Assembly (NCBI RefSeq): GCF_009914755.1
Contig: NC_060928.1
DNA length: 64,000 bases
Reading direction: 5' to 3' (one strand)
DNA from: the human T2T-CHM13v2.0 reference genome, Homo sapiens
Shown: positions 28,400-45,627 of the stretch, piece by piece
Numbering within the stretch: position 1 is the first letter of the stretch
Layout of the letters: every line of letters starts with the position of its first letter
Made by a program: the position numbers and the translations under genes
Notes under the pieces: generated by a model
Told to the model about the DNA's origin: nothing
The model's database searches: none
Seen by the model: the letters and a program-made list of their open reading frames with translations, nothing else

Positions 28400-29890
28400 T
28401 TTTTTATTGTGGCAAAATCACACAGTGCATAAGATCTACCCTTTTAACAAATTTTTTTAGTTTAAAACTGCAGTACTCTTCACTATAAGCGTAACAATGC
28501 ACAGCAGATCTATCTCTAGAACTTTTTAATTCCCCTTAACTGAAACTCTACACCCATTAAATAGCACCTCCCTACAGTCCCTGGAAACCTCCACTCTACT
28601 TTCTGTTTCTATGAGTTTGGCCACTTTAGACACTTCATAAAAGTGGAATCATGTAGTGTTTGTCCTTCTATGATTGGCTTATTTCACTTAGCCGAATATT
28701 CTCCAGGTTTATTCATGTTGTACCTTATGTCAGGATTTCCTTATTTTTAGGGCTGAATAATATTCTACTGTATTTATGTGCCACATTTTCCTCATCCATT
28801 CTTCCATCTATGCAGAATGGTTGTTTCCATCTCTTGACTATTGTGAATAATGCAGCAATGAATATGAAAGTGCAAATATCTCTTTGAGAACCTAATTTTG
28901 ATTATTTTTTGAATAAAATATCCAGTGGAGGATTATTGGATCATGTGGTAGTTCTATTTTAATGCCTGTACTAATTTACATGCCTATCAACAGTGCACAA
29001 AGGTTTCAGTTTTTCTGCATCCTAGCCAATACTTTTTAATCATTCATCTTTTTGATAATACTCCTTGTAATAAGTGTGAGGTGATATCTCATGGTGGTTT
29101 TGATTTGCAATTCCCTGATGATAACTGAAGTTGAGCATGTTTTTGTGTATCCATCAGCCATGTGTATGTCTTTGGAGAGTTGTCTATTCAAGACCTTTGC
29201 CAATTTAAAAAATCAGCTTATTTGTGGGTTTTTAAATTTTTTTTTAAATTTTTTTTGCTATTGAGTCATAGGAATTTCTTATATGTTTCAGACATTAATC
29301 TCTTATCGGATACGTGAATTAATTTCTCCCATTCTATAGGTTGCTTCTTCATTCTGTTGATTATTCCCTTCATTCTGTTGATTGTTTCCTTTGCTATTCA
29401 GAAGCTTTTTAGCTTGATGTAGTCCCACTTGTCTATTTTTTGCTTTTGTTGCCTGTGCTTATGTGGTCATACACAAAAGTCATTGTCCAGACCAATGTCA
29501 AGAAACCTTTCTCAGATTCTTTCTTCTATTACAGTTTGAGGTCTTAAATTAAAAATCTTTAATATGTTTTGAGTTGATTTTTATGTATAGTGTAGTGTAA
29601 CGGTCTAATTTCATTCTTCGGCATATGAATATCGAGTTTTCCCAACATTATTTGTTGAAAAGGCTATCCTTTTCCCATTTATATCCTGGTACTCATGTTG
29701 AAGATCAGATGACCATATATGCATGGATTTATTTCTGGGCTCTCAATTCTGTTAAATTGTTCTATATGTCTATCTTCATGTCTGTTGCATATTGTTTTGA
29801 TTATTGTAGTTTTGTAATACGTTTTAACCAGAATATGAGGCCTCAAGCTTTGTTCTTTCTCTAGATAGTGTGGCTATTTGGGGTCTTTTC
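28400..29890 (-). mobile_element. L1MA8/9-type 3' portion
   Basis: tttttattgtggcaaaa...agatctacccttttaacaaattt...cagcagatct, followed by ORF2 3' antisense sequence. Confidence 0.85.
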
Positions 29891-30477
29891 TGATTCATAT
29901 TAATTCACTTATTGATTTTAGGCTTAATAACTATAATCATAAATCAAAATATTGTTCAAAATAGTCTATGCAGTAGAATTAATGACTATAATGCTTATTA
30001 TTAATGGAATATTCCTTAACAGTGTTAGGACATACATAACACTTCTCAAACTATATATCAAATGTCATTGATGTACTGATTTTGGAGAAAATCTATGAAA
30101 ACACTTCAGGAAGGTATGTGCCAAGCTTTTCTTGGGGCACGTATTCTATTACCTACAGAAAACTACCTGTGTCTATCTTTTTCCTTCCTCTGTGCTGCTA
30201 TGTGCATTTATCAAATTGCCTAGATTAAATTAGACACTCAACAATTATGCTACATGTTTATTGTATTGTTTGAGAGTGAATTCATGCCTAAGCATTTAGA
30301 AACATTCCCCCAATATTTTAATAATACCAGGATAAATATGATTGGTTTACGATAGATAACAAATGCAAACTATATTTTTAAATTAAACATGTTTTTTGTG
30401 ATACATAAAAATTCTGCATTAGTTATTGTTCTAGGGCAAAATCTAGAAAAAAATAACATTAGAAACACAAAAATTTA

Positions 30478-31960
<1,483 letters not shown>

Positions 31961-32506
31961 AGAAACACTAAAATTTAACTCTATCATGCTAAAAACCTTT
32001 AATAGGAAAATTGTGGCAAAATCTTTCCATATTCCCATTTAGCATTCACACTCTGCCAGCAGTGGGAATTAAGAGGTTTATATTTTTATTTTTTAAAGTT
32101 CAATTCTCTAGTTAGAAATGCTTATTAATTGGCCTAGATTGGGAAAAATATTGCTGGCTGGCTTTAAATTCTTTAACCCAGTCACACTAATCATTTAGAA
32201 ACAGCAGAATAGATTTAATAAGTGAACATTTTAAAGCACTTATTCCAGGTATAGCTAGCTCAGTGGTTCTGAAGTAGTGGGAAAAAGAACTATTCAAGGA
32301 GAGACAGGAGTCTTTCACAGCAAGATGAAGGTAGAAAAAGTAGCAAGTGATACAGGAAACAGGTCAGAGTACTGAAGAGCCAAAGGTGGAAAGAGAATTC
32401 CTGATGGAGTAGATGCGTGAAAATAAAACAGCTGTGTTCTGACATTTGCAGGAAGAGAAAAATAATAAGGACATATTTGAACAAAAGTAAATGATAAATT
32501 TAGATC

Positions 32507-32886
32507 TGTATTAGTCCGTTCTCATGCCACTATGAAGAAATACCTGAGACTGGGCAATTTATAAAGAAAAGAGGTTTAATTGACTCACAGTTCTGCAGGG
32601 CTGGGGAGGTCTCAGGAAACTCACAATCACGGCAGAAGGGAAAGCAAACACGTCCTTCTTGACATGATGGCAGCAAGGAGAAGTGCCAAGCAAAAAAGAG
32701 AAAAGCTCCTTATAAAACCATCAGATCTCGTGAGAACTCACTCACTATCATGAGAACAGCAGCATGAGGGTAACCCTGCCCCCATAATTTAATTACCTCC
32801 CAGTGGGTCCCTCCTACCACACCTGAGAATGATGGGAGCTGCAATTCAAAATGAGAGCTGAGTGGGGACACAGCTAAATCATATCA
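32507..32886 (-). mobile_element. THE1 (THE1C/D) solo LTR
   Basis: tgtattagtccgttctcatg...ggggacacagctaaatcatatca. Perfect TSD agatc at 32502-32506 and 32887-32891. Confidence 0.93.
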
Positions 32887-32957
32887 AGATCTTTCTTATT
32901 TTAAAATTTATCTTTTCCTAACTCTCAAAGTAAAATTATTAACAATAAATAGATTAA

Positions 32958-33325
<368 letters not shown>

Positions 33326-33709
33326 ACAATTTTCTTTACTCACTATGCTCAGCAGAGAATTTGCTTCAGAGCCTTCAATGCATATGATTTGATGAATGAG
33401 TAAATGGATAAGACCACAGTACTGTGGCTTGGTGTAGGGAGTGTTAAGAATTTAGCCCCTCCAAGGAAGGCCTATGCTTGAGCCTCAGCTGCTGTTTTCT
33501 TTTTAGAGCAGAATTGCATTTGGTTAGATAGGATAATAGCCAGCAGCCTACATTCTCCCTGGCATAGGAGAACATGACATGTGAGTGAGAATTAAACTTT
33601 TCTTTCTATGGAACAAACGTAAGCTTAACAGATGATGAAAGAATTGTTGCCATGCCCTTTAGAAAGTTTAGTTCCTGGTGTATTTGTGCCTTCAATTTGT
33701 CTATTGACT

Positions 33710-33762
<53 letters not shown>

Positions 33763-33768
33763 GTGTGT
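33710..33768. repeat. (GTGTAT)n microsatellite
   Basis: About 8 consecutive gtgtat units. Confidence 0.95.
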
Positions 33769-35180
33769 AACAAAACAGAGCTGGCCCAAGTGTTGATGTC
33801 AGATGATGACATTTGTCAGGCTAGATTCTACTTAGGCTTTATCTGGCCAATGATCTGACTCTGGCATTGGCAAAAATATCCCAGGTAACAAGAATTTATT
33901 TAACACCTACTTTGCAACATTAAAAAAACCTAACTTAAAAAGTTTATGTTATCTAGAGACACATATACATCTTTTACATCTTAAAATAAAGTAATATTTA
34001 TTTGGGACACGGTTCATAATACAAATATAAAAAAGTTTCTACAGAAGTAAAACAGGGCAGAGGTATCTTATTTAATATCAAATTCATAGTAGTATAAAAG
34101 CATTTCAATTAATTTTTCACAACATCCCTTTTTAGCTCCCCCTCCAAACTGTCCAGGGTATTAATTTTTTTAAGGTTATACGAGCTGCACAAGTCACTGA
34201 ATTCTGATAACTCATTCCAAGCAATCACTACTGACAATATTATTTTTTAAGTTAATTTGTCTTTTCATTTTTAATTCAACAAATATTTGAGCGTCAACCG
34301 TAATTCTGCTTAACATGCAATTTGATAGAATTACTGACTTCAGGATGTTCAAAATAAAGAGAGATATGCAAAGAGACATACAGTAAGTATAGTAAGTTTG
34401 GTAACAGAAGTCCGGACAGGGTACTAGGAGATAACTGATAAAGAAAAAGCTGGAGGATCAAGGAAAAGTTTCTGGAGAAGCAAATAGTGAGCTAAGTGTA
34501 AAATGGGAATTGAGGTCTGAAGGAGGAATTGCATTTCAAAACAATGGAAATAAGATAGAGCTAAACTGGGCAGGAAGCTTTCAGCTATTAAAGATTTCTA
34601 GAGCCCGAAGTGTGAGGCAGGATGTGGGCAGAGACAGGGCTGTAAACACAGCAGCAGCCAGGGATGAGCCTTGGTGAAGGATTTAAGGAGAGAAGGGCTT
34701 CAGAGTTCTGTGAACCCCCTAAAATCATGTAGAAGATGTTTTTAGTTTATATATATATTTTTGTTGGGGAAATCTATGATTTTCATCAAAATCTCAAAGT
34801 GAGAGCCAAATGGTCAATATGCATATGAAAATGTGCAAAATGTAAAAATATTAGCCATTAGAGAAATGCAAAGCAAAACTACAGAGATAGCGCTATACAT
34901 CTATTACAATATGTAAAATTTTAAAAAACACTAAATTTGTGTGGAGATGCGGAGAAGCTAATAAGAGTGTAAAATGGTACAACCACTTTGGAAAATTGTC
35001 AGTTTCAAAATTATATATATGCAACTATTTTATGACCCAGAAATTTTATTCTCGGAGCTCCTCAAAAATAAGTAAATTTTTCCACAAAATTATTATGCAA
35101 AAATGTTCCTAGCAATGTTATTCATAAATGCTCCAAAATGGAAATAGTTGTAAGGCCCAGCAACAAAATAATGGGCAATT

Positions 35181-35636
35181 TGTACTAGAGTTGTATTGGT
35201 GCTATGACAAATTACCAAAAATGTAGTGACTTAAAACGTTGACTTATTCTTTTATAATTTAGGAGGTCAGGAGTCTGAAATAAGTCTTAAGGGACTAAAA
35301 AGTTGTTCGTAGGCAGATTCTTTCTGGAGGCTTCAGGGGAGAATCTTTTTCTTGTCTCTTCCAGCTTTAGAGGATATGGCATTTCTTGTCTCTTGGCTGT
35401 GTCACTTCCACCATTAATTTGCCTTCTTTCTTCTTTTTACCTCCTGCTTTCTTCTTAGAAGGATCATTGTGATTACATTGGACCCAATGTCTAATAATAG
35501 GATAATGCAGAATAATCTCCCCCATCAATATCTTTAACATTATCACATGTGCAAAGTCCTTTTTGAATGTAAGGTAACATTCACAGGTTTTAAGTATTAG
35601 GATGCAGACATCACTGGTGAAGCTTTAGCCTACCAC
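35181..35636 (-). mobile_element. MLT1C/D LTR inserted in an L1ME-like fragment (~34805-35720)
   Basis: gctatgacaaattaccaaaaatgtagtgacttaaaac...tgtaaggtaacattcacaggttt...tagcctaccac. Confidence 0.75.
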
Positions 35637-37240
35637 CTAATTGTTTATAATTTATTCTTACAAAGAAATGGCACTCAGCAATATAAAATGACAAATTACA
35701 TATACACAAAAATATGCCCACCCTAATTTTGATATCCAATTGTGTTCAAATAAAGTGAATATTGCCTTTGGTATAACTCTTAGAATCAGCTTTTCTTCTC
35801 TAATTTTCTGGTCTCTAGCCATCAAATTTAATCATCTAGTACATCCTCATAGGCAGCAAACTGGCTCTTCTGCCGCCAATTTATCACTTACCCAATTAGA
35901 TCTTTCATATTATTGTCAGTTATCTCTCTAAAAATCCAATTTGATAACATAATTACTCTTCTTATAAGTTTACAATATCAATAGAATCTGAATGCCCACA
36001 ATGCATATCATGTATCTTCTAAAAAGCAATAATTTAGAACTCCACTCATTAATTTGAAGAGATATAATCAATGTATTTGTAAATAGGAAAAGCAAGGAAT
36101 AGAACACTACACATATTATATTATTTTTGCGTGTGTGTTTGTTTCCACAGAAAAACCTGGAGAAGTTGACACTACGTATTATCAAGTTATCTCTGGACGT
36201 TTTATGAAATTGGTGATTTTCATTTTCTTAGGTACATCTTCTGAACGTTTTCTTTTTTTTTTTTTTTTGCTATGAGTATGTAGCAATTCAAAATAAAACA
36301 CAACAAAGTTATTAAACATATCTGCAGTTTTCCACTGGCTAAAAGATTAGTTTGAACGCTTAGTGCGGATTGAAAGGACACACTTACAAAGCGTCTCCAC
36401 CTGACTTCTACATCTTCTTATCCTGAAACTTTAAACCATTAAGCTCTGAGCTGGAGTCACATTGAACTTACAGCAAATTCCCTGAACACCTCAGCTTGGC
36501 CAGATCTTGATGTCTTTAATGCTTTTATACCGGGAATGTCTGTCTCTACTTTGCCTGGAAACTATCTAATCTTTCAAAACCCAGATAAAATGTTACCTCC
36601 TCTGAGAATTTCTCAATGTTCCAGGCAGAGTTAGATTCTTTCTCCCTAGTGTTTCCATAGTATTTTGTCAAACTTTGTTTTCTATAGTTTAGTATGTGAA
36701 ACTTAAGTTTAATGTCTATTTTTCTTCACTAGATTTTAAGTCTTCAAAGTCAATAACTCTCTTGTATTTGTGTCTGTGCTCCAGTGCCTGACATAGTGAC
36801 TGGAACAATTGTGCTTTCAATAGTTTTTAAAAAATTATTAAAAGTAATCTCTTTACGTGGAGATATTTAAAAATCAATTGTCACATTTCCATCAACTAAT
36901 ATAATTTGTTATGTTTCACTTTCTGTAATGCCAAAAATTGTTCTTCCTTCTATTCAGAGAACAAAATTCAGTAGGTTATGCATATTTGATTTATGCTTTC
37001 AAATGTTGCCATTATTTAGAATATTTTATTCCATGTTCAATTTTGGTGGCGTTTCTCTCTAGGTTTGCTATATTCAAAAGCCTCTTAAAATCAAATATTT
37101 ATCAATTCACCATCCAGTTTCTGTGTAGTAACTGATGGACAAGAATAAATACAATTCTAAGAAGGAACAAATTGTAATTTCACATTGTATTTTCCTAGGC
37201 CTAAATTGCTGGATAAAAGTATCCAGAGTTGCTCATCTCC

Positions 37241-37530
37241 TTTTATTTTTGAGATGGAGTCTCGCTCTGTCACCCAGGCTGGAGTGCAGTGGCGCGATCT
37301 CGGCTCACTCAGCAAGCTCCGCCTCCCGGGTTCACGCCAATCTCCTGCCTCAGCCTCCCAAGTAGCTGGGACTACAGGTGCCTGCTACCACGCCCGGCTA
37401 ATTTTTTTGTATTCTTAGTAGAGACGGGGTTTCACCATGTTAGCCAGGACTCGATCTCCTGATCTTGTGATCCGCCCACCTCGGCCTCCCAAAGTTCTGG
37501 GATTACAGGCGTGAGCCGCCGCGCCCGGCC
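37241..37530 (-). mobile_element. AluY
   Basis: Full dimer on -, CpG-rich, with GGCGTGAACCCGGGAGGCGGAGCTTGC. Confidence 0.92.
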
Positions 37531-37553
37531 TTTTTTTTTTTTTTTTTAAGTCA

Positions 37554-37716
<163 letters not shown>

Positions 37717-38069
37717 AAATCACCATTCAAGTAAAACTATTTGTTAAGATCATTTTTAGGAAATGTCACCTACATAAATATCCCAGTTTTAATATCAGGG
37801 CCAAGACTGGGGCTATGGCTAGTCAAAGGGATCTGACAGATAGCATTCGTCTGCCTGATGAAGGGTCATTGCTAGGAATAAAACTAATTAGAGAAGAATG
37901 AACTAGGAAACATAGAGAAGCATGCTTCTGACTTCAAAGACTCAGCATAAGATGGGCGAAACAGACTGGCATCAAGGATTTAAGTACCCACAACTATACC
38001 TGTGAAATATATATCATATCTATCACAGAGAGATATATATCCTTGTGAGTATATATAAATTAACACATA

Positions 38070-38481
38070 TATAATGGCTAATTTTATGTTTACTTGACTG
38101 GGACACGGGGTGCCCAGATGTCTAGTCAAACATTATTCTGGGTAATCCTGTAAGGGAGGTTTTGAATGAGATGGTAGTAGACTGAGTAAAGCAGATTGCC
38201 TGCCCACTTTAAAGTGAGTGGACCTCATCCAGTTGGTTAAAGGCCTGAATAGAATAAAAATGATCACCCTCTCCCAAGTAAGAGAGAATCCTTCTACCTT
38301 TGAACCAGGATGTTATCTTTTCCTTGCCTTTGAACTGAAACCGACACATCAGTTCTTCCTAGGTCTCAGGTCTGCTGGCCTTCAGACTCAACCACACCAT
38401 CAGTACTCCTGCTTCTTAGACCTTCTGACTTGGCCTGCAACTCACCATTGGCTTTCATGGGTCTCCAGCTTACAACTCACC
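38070..38481 (+). mobile_element. MLT2 (MLT2C/D-like) LTR
   Basis: atggctaattttatgt...cttgactggg.cacggggtgcccaga...aaacattattctggg...gactgagtaaagcagattgcc. Confidence 0.8.
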
Positions 38482-39204
38482 CTATGCCTTGCTTCTGTCA
38501 TTTTCTCTTTATATTTCTAGACTCTATATGAATAAGAGTTGAATATAAAAATGAATAATCTCACTTTCTTGAACTCTGTATCTTTTCAGAGAATAGAGCG
38601 TTTCTAGTCATATATACAGTACAGTAGTATTTCAACTTTTCAATATTTCATGTTAATTGTGTAGTTTTAAAATTTGACTAGAATCCAACACATTCAAGGT
38701 TTCTGTCACTTTAAGTCTGACAATATTAAAAAGTTCTAGTTGAGACATGTTGAAAAAATGTGTTGTCCATCCTTCAAATTTTAAATTAACAGTATGTATT
38801 TTAATCACAGGTGCCAATAAGAATATAACAGGTCAAACAAAAAAAACACATTTTCCCCTAAGAAAGTCTGTTAAGAATTAACTAGAACAAGGGATATGCT
38901 AAAACAATGAAAAAAAAAGTGAAGATGCTTTGTTTGCATTTTAATATAATTTTCACAACAATGGAATTATATTTTACTATTTGATTTCCTATGATGTGTG
39001 CCCAGTTTGAGCCAGTCTTAAAATGAGTTTTCACATTTCTGTTTTCTTTCAGTGTTTTTATGTTCATTTGCCACACTCTGTCCCTTCTTGTCTTGTACCT
39101 CATCCCTACCCTTTCCATTTCTCTGTGTCCCACTCTACCTGTATTCTCTCTAAGGGAAACATCTTGTATCCAAACCCCAATTTCCTGAGTATTCTTTCCT
39201 CTTA

Positions 39205-39425
39205 ACATTAATGTTGTTTACAAACTTGTTATGTGCCAGATACTGTTTTAAGTGTTTTACATACATTAACTCATCCAGTTTTCAAAGCAGCCCAGTGAGG
39301 AAGATGTCATTTTTAAGATAAGTAAGTGGAGGCATAGACAAGTTAAGTGAATTTCCAAAGGCCACATAGCTGGTAAGTGGCAGAGCCAGCTTTGGAAGTC
39401 AGGCTGTCAGGTTCAGATTCGGGCT
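39205..39425 (-). mobile_element. MIR (further MIR relics near 39620-39800, 41220-41370, 51340-51520, 53920-54110, 56880-57060)
   Basis: atgtgccagatactgttttaag...gaggcatagacaagttaagtgaatttccaaaggccacatagctggtaagtggcagagcc. Confidence 0.75.
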
Positions 39426-42400
39426 TTGCCCAGGATGACAAGACTTCCCTCAAAGCCCTTCCCTGGAAGTCACAAAGGAGTGGACTTGTGTCAGTCTTTG
39501 GCTACTTTTTGGCTCCCCAGTTCAGGTCCACTGTCCTCCACAATCACTCAATGAAGCCCAAACCTTACAGTGGGTGTGGTGCTTGCTAAGTGACGGACTT
39601 GGGCTGATGATTTATTTCTAGTATCGCATTTATTCCTTAAATCTACTCTGTGAGTTAAATATTATTTTCTCATTAATAAATGAGAAAATAGATACACTTA
39701 GCAATTGTTAATTTGTTTAACATCATGTAACGTATAAAGACCAGATCTTGGATTCACACAACTGCCTGACTCCAAAGTGTTTACTTTTTGCCTTTACTCT
39801 ATCAAAGAAAAGTAACATTTCTTATCACAAACCATTCACATATACCAATCTTTTCTTCCTTCTTAGTAACATCAAAGACAATCTCATCTTTCTGCTTGGA
39901 AGTTTTTCTTCTTGACTGATTCATTGCAAGGACTTCAGCCATTCACTCTAACTTTAAGTGTATTGTACTTTCCCTTCCTTATAAGTCTAATGTTTCTGAA
40001 TATGTTTTTTTTTATCTTATGTACTCATTTATTAGATCTTCAAATACTTATTTGAGGTTATTACAGTCCTGAATGAGGACTGGGATCTATAGATTATGAC
40101 TAAGACAGATGTGGCCCCTGTTGTCACAGAGAAAACAAGAATATATACCAATATTTAGATTATTATTATTATTATGCACAATATTAGGCCAGGTTCCACA
40201 TAGCTCCTATAACTTTTCCGTGATTTTCTGCTTCCTTTATTTCTTACATGTGTAATGTATTTTCATTGCTTCTATTTTCAGTAAACTATTTACTGTAGCT
40301 TGCAAACACATCCAGGTCTCCCTATGCTTTAAAGACAAACAAGTATATGCACAGTTTTCCCTCAATTCTGCTACAGTCCTAAACTCTTCTCTCTCTCTCT
40401 CTCTCTTCATTTTAATATCAAATATTCCAGAGAATATTTAACTTCTTTATCACCCACTCTTACATTTTCAGAAGACTTGGCTTCTATTATAACTATGAAC
40501 ATTTCAGGATGCTTTTGCATTTTTGCAAGACTCTTGAGAACATTGTCATATGAAATTGCTTCCTTTTTGTGAGTTTAGACAGTAGTATAGGACTCACTCA
40601 GAAAGCTCATATCTCCAGAGGATCAAATATACTTCCTTTCATCAGATAAAAAAGTCTCTCAAAATGCTCATTCATTTATGTCTTTTGCTGTTAAAAATCT
40701 AGAGTTCAATGCACTCGTTCATTAAAATCACAAGCATCCTCTGTCTTAGATACAATTTTCTAATCCCTTTTACTATCATTATTACCTTTTAAGTTTCCTT
40801 TAAATGTTTTAGATTTTCAATTTTTATTCTCTGTTATGTATCCATATACACTGTATACTTTTCATTCATGTATCCAGCCTCCTAGAGAAGAGAAATTCTG
40901 CCTGAGAAATTTCTCCCTATCTGACCTTCCTCCACCCTCCAACATAGTCTGAGGCTTTAGTTATTATACATCCTGTCACCAGTGGGTTCCAGCAGTTGCT
41001 TGGCTGTGGCAGGACAAGAAGCTTTGTATCAAGAGTTGAGGGAACGGGAGCCAAGCCACAATCAGTTTACCATGTTTCCCAGATTCTCTTCTTCAGGAAA
41101 ATTACATTTTCTAGTGTTATCATCACATTATATATATACTTTCCTAGCATTTGTTGGGTTGTGTGATAACTGTATGTCCCACCAGCTATCTTATGTACAT
41201 TGTCACATTTACTTTTCATAACAAGTAGGTGTATATTTTCCTTTTAACAGCTAAGAAAATCAAGGTTCAGAGAACCTAAAAATTTGTTCAATTGCACCCA
41301 CCTAGAAAGTGGCATGGATGACATTCAACCCATTTTAGCCTGACCTTAATTGCCATTACTTAGTCACTATGTAATTTTTTTTCCTCATTTGTGATGAAAA
41401 TAAAAATAGAAAGAAAGAACTGAATGGAATAATAAAAACATGAAACGTGATCTCTTGCAGGCCATTGCCTCCTTCATCGCAGACTTGAATGGCTGCCCTT
41501 GGCCACCACTCTCCTGACCTACCTATGGTTGTTAATATTAATTTTTATCACCCACAGTTGCCTTTGGCTCCTTCTCCTTCACCTCTCGCATCTAGTCAAC
41601 AAGTCCTCTGGATTTAACTACCTTATTTTCCGTATTTATCTTCCTGATGCCATTCCATGGATGATGCCTGAGAGCTTCTCAACTGTTTCTACTCTCTCCA
41701 CCAGCCAAGCTGTCTTCTAGTATGTTGACAGGTTAGTTTTCCTACCTCCTGAATAGCTTTACTTATGCCATTTCAATGATTAAAAATTGTCATCAAATTC
41801 CCATGATTTGTGGGATAAAATCTAAACTTTTCCCTTGTTATGTTTCTTTGTGATGTGGTTACACTCCACTATTCAGCTTCACTGCTCGCTTTCCTGCACA
41901 AGTCCTGCAAAACACAACTATTCATGATACTACAAAGAGATCCAGCAGTTTCCTGTCCCTCTGCCTTTTCATATCTGTTTCTTTTACTTCTACTCATCCA
42001 TATGTTTCCTTCAAAGCCTGACTCTCAAATGTGCTATCAACCAAGAAAGAGTCTCTGTCTCTTTACTCCTCACTCCCAGCTAACAGTGACCTTGTCCACC
42101 AATCTGTGCTTATTTACTTACTGCCCAATACCAGCAAAATTATTTGAACCTACCTGTCCTGGTATTGGTGGATAATCGCATCAGCACTTTCTTTAACAAA
42201 AGAGAACATATATGAATGAAAAGCACCTATTTCATATGAAAATCAAGTTATGGTCTTAGGCACAACTGTAAATCCCTGATGTTTCCTGCTCTTGGAAATG
42301 TAGATTTCCTAGATTAAATAAATTACACAGATTAAAATAGCTTGCTCAAGAAAACAAAGTCTAGGGAAAAACTGAATTTGATCTCTTTGTGCAGCTTGCT

Positions 42401-43282
42401 ACATTAGATTATGTTTATATATTTTTGATTGAACAAATTAGCATAAGTAGATATCTTCACACAAAACAATTTGATGCACCTGCAATCAAACATTAAACAG
42501 AATTCAGATCCCAAAAGTGCAGATGATTTGAAGTATGCTCTATTATATTCATATTTTATGAGCACTTTATAAATGAACTCAAAGCAGTCATATAGACCAC
42601 GAATCGCACCTTCACAGTTAGAAATGCAAAAGATAGTCACGTATTGTTATGTTGAAAATGTCATGAAGCAATTTAGAAACACTCAGTTAATTAATATAAT
42701 GGATTTTTTTCCAATTTGAATTAATATAACTCTTTAGTTTTTGAATACCTTTGCTGTTATCATTTATACAATAGTCTGATGAAGTGGATGAGGTGTTATT
42801 AACTAGAAATAATGAGAAAATGCAAATTCAAACTTATTAAATTTCTCTTAGCTCAGCATTAAGATGAACGTTAAATGTTCCTAATGCTTAATGTCTTATT
42901 CAAGCCATTTTACTACAGTCTCAATTAGTGAATATATTCATAAATGGTGGTTGTACGGAGGTCTTGGTTGTGTCAGTGTTGCTACTAAGTTATGAGATCT
43001 GTTCAAAGACAAAGAAATATTGATTTTAATGTTTCAGAGCTTTTAAGACTAAAATTTTTTGGAGCTAAACAATATATTTTAACAAGCAAAATTTTTTAAT
43101 TTTTAATTCAGTTTTCAATTTTTGGTCAATTTCATATTAACAAATATCTTCTATATTAATTCAAAGGATTAAAAATATTTTTCAAATTCTTTAAAAATAA
43201 TTTTTGCTTATTTTAACAATTTGGTCTTTGGTCCTGAAACAGTAAATAATTGAGTAAGTGGCTATAGAAAATATAACGGGTA

Positions 43283-43697
<415 letters not shown>

Positions 43698-45627
43698 CTA
43701 TTTAAGTCTATCATCAGAATATTTCCAGTGCCATTGATCTAAAAATTAGAGATCTAGCTTTATTTGTGAACTTCGACAATTTTTAGCAAATGTGTTATAT
43801 TTTATTCACAAAGTTTATCTGAGAGTTACATACAGTAAGAAATACAGTAAAATCAGTTTTGTCAAAGTCCACTCTTGGTCTTCCAAAAAGATATCATCTC
43901 TGGATGTCAAGCATCCTCTTATACTTTGTGTTCAAGTGAATATTAGTTCAAGCTGACACTAAGGCCAGAGACATATATTGGGCAGAAAAATAAAAGGGAT
44001 TTTGTAACAGATTCTTATTAAAAATAAAAGGGATTTTTATAGATTGTGAAAATTAAATATTAGCTCATTACAACTGAGATTTACAGAAGTTGGGGATGGT
44101 TGATACACTTGAATGGAATAAACTCTGAATATCCAATCCAATTCCTGCATCTTCTATGGCATCTGAGATGTATGATGCAGAGAAAATATCTTTGTGTTTT
44201 TGTACAGTTACTGATGTTTTAAATTAAAATTAAATTAAAATTTTACTGAAATTTTGGATCTTGGACTAAAAGCAAACCCTAGAAATAATTTACAACTGTA
44301 GAGATAGTGAGAACTCAAAAGAAAACTACCAACTCTAGAGTTGTGTATTTACATTTCAAATGGGTAATGAGGCTTAGGAGTTTGGAAACATCTATAGGCT
44401 GCAAAATTAAAGACACTGGGATTATTGGGCCCTTTGATTTATTTATATTTCAAAAGATGAAAATGAGAATGCAGCATCCTTTTCATCCCATCTCTGAGGA
44501 GAAAAGGTTTATCTCCTTTTTTAATAGTAGAAAATTGAAACAGTTGCGTCTTTCTTCTACATAAATAATAAATATCCAGATTTATTTTTTAAGCATTTCT
44601 TTATGTATAGAACACTTGACCTAATTTTATTATATCTCCCCAGGGGTAAGAATTGTGATGTGGGGAACCAAATGATTAATAATCAGTTTTAAATGAATAG
44701 TGATAATCTGTCTCTGATTCAAAAACCTTGTATATTCATTCATGACAAAATTAACAAATACAAAAGTCTAGGTAAAATCTAATCCTAGATAAACATATTT
44801 CACATACAGTACAATCCATGAATGTAGACATTTCCTATGAGCAAAACTCTAGGTGGAGTTGAGATCAGAGGGAAAATATTAAACCTGTTATTCCTATAAA
44901 AATAGCAAATATATGTAATTTATAATATTACTACTTGGCCAATATTACTTTCTTCTCTGTTGCCACAATGCCCTGTACTATAATATTTATTACATCCTAT
45001 AGTTACTTGTGTGACATTATAATATTTTGACATTAATTAATATTTATTTTTGCTCTGGTCATTCGTTTTGACCATATGGCTCTTCCCCATTAAATTATAT
45101 TCTGACATCTGTGTGCTCAATGTCAAGTAAGAATGTTGAGTGAAACAAAAATAAGGTTCAATTTTTTAAAAAGTGTTTTGTGTTAAAAAATCCTGGTATT
45201 GAATATTAAACTCTAAGGCTCTAAGGATCTAAGACCTTATGATCTTTTAGAGTTTTAATTGAAAACCATAGTTTTAATTGAAAACTATAAATCTGTTGAT
45301 TTATAGACTATTTAGGAGGGAGCTACATTTCTGATTCCTTCCTCTCTTTATACAAACAAACAAAGAAAATTATTTCTGGGACAAAAATGAGAATTGGTAG
45401 AGAAAGAAAAACTTAGAATTTTCTCTGTCCTTAATAAGAGGTTCCCTCAATGGAATGGATTTGGATTAATGAAACTCCAGAGAGGTGAAGAGCACTGACA
45501 ACAGAGAACGCTTATGCTCTGCTTTCTTGATCATAACTGAGAAGGCACCCAGCCTCACAGGGTTGTGGTGAATGCGTAGTCATGCATAGTGTCCAGGCAG
45601 ATTCATCAGACAGGTTCACAGAGTCTC

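Noticed and set aside
33606-33858. TYTYTY / VYVYVY peptide ORFs
   Set aside because: Translations of the (GTGTAT)n microsatellite.
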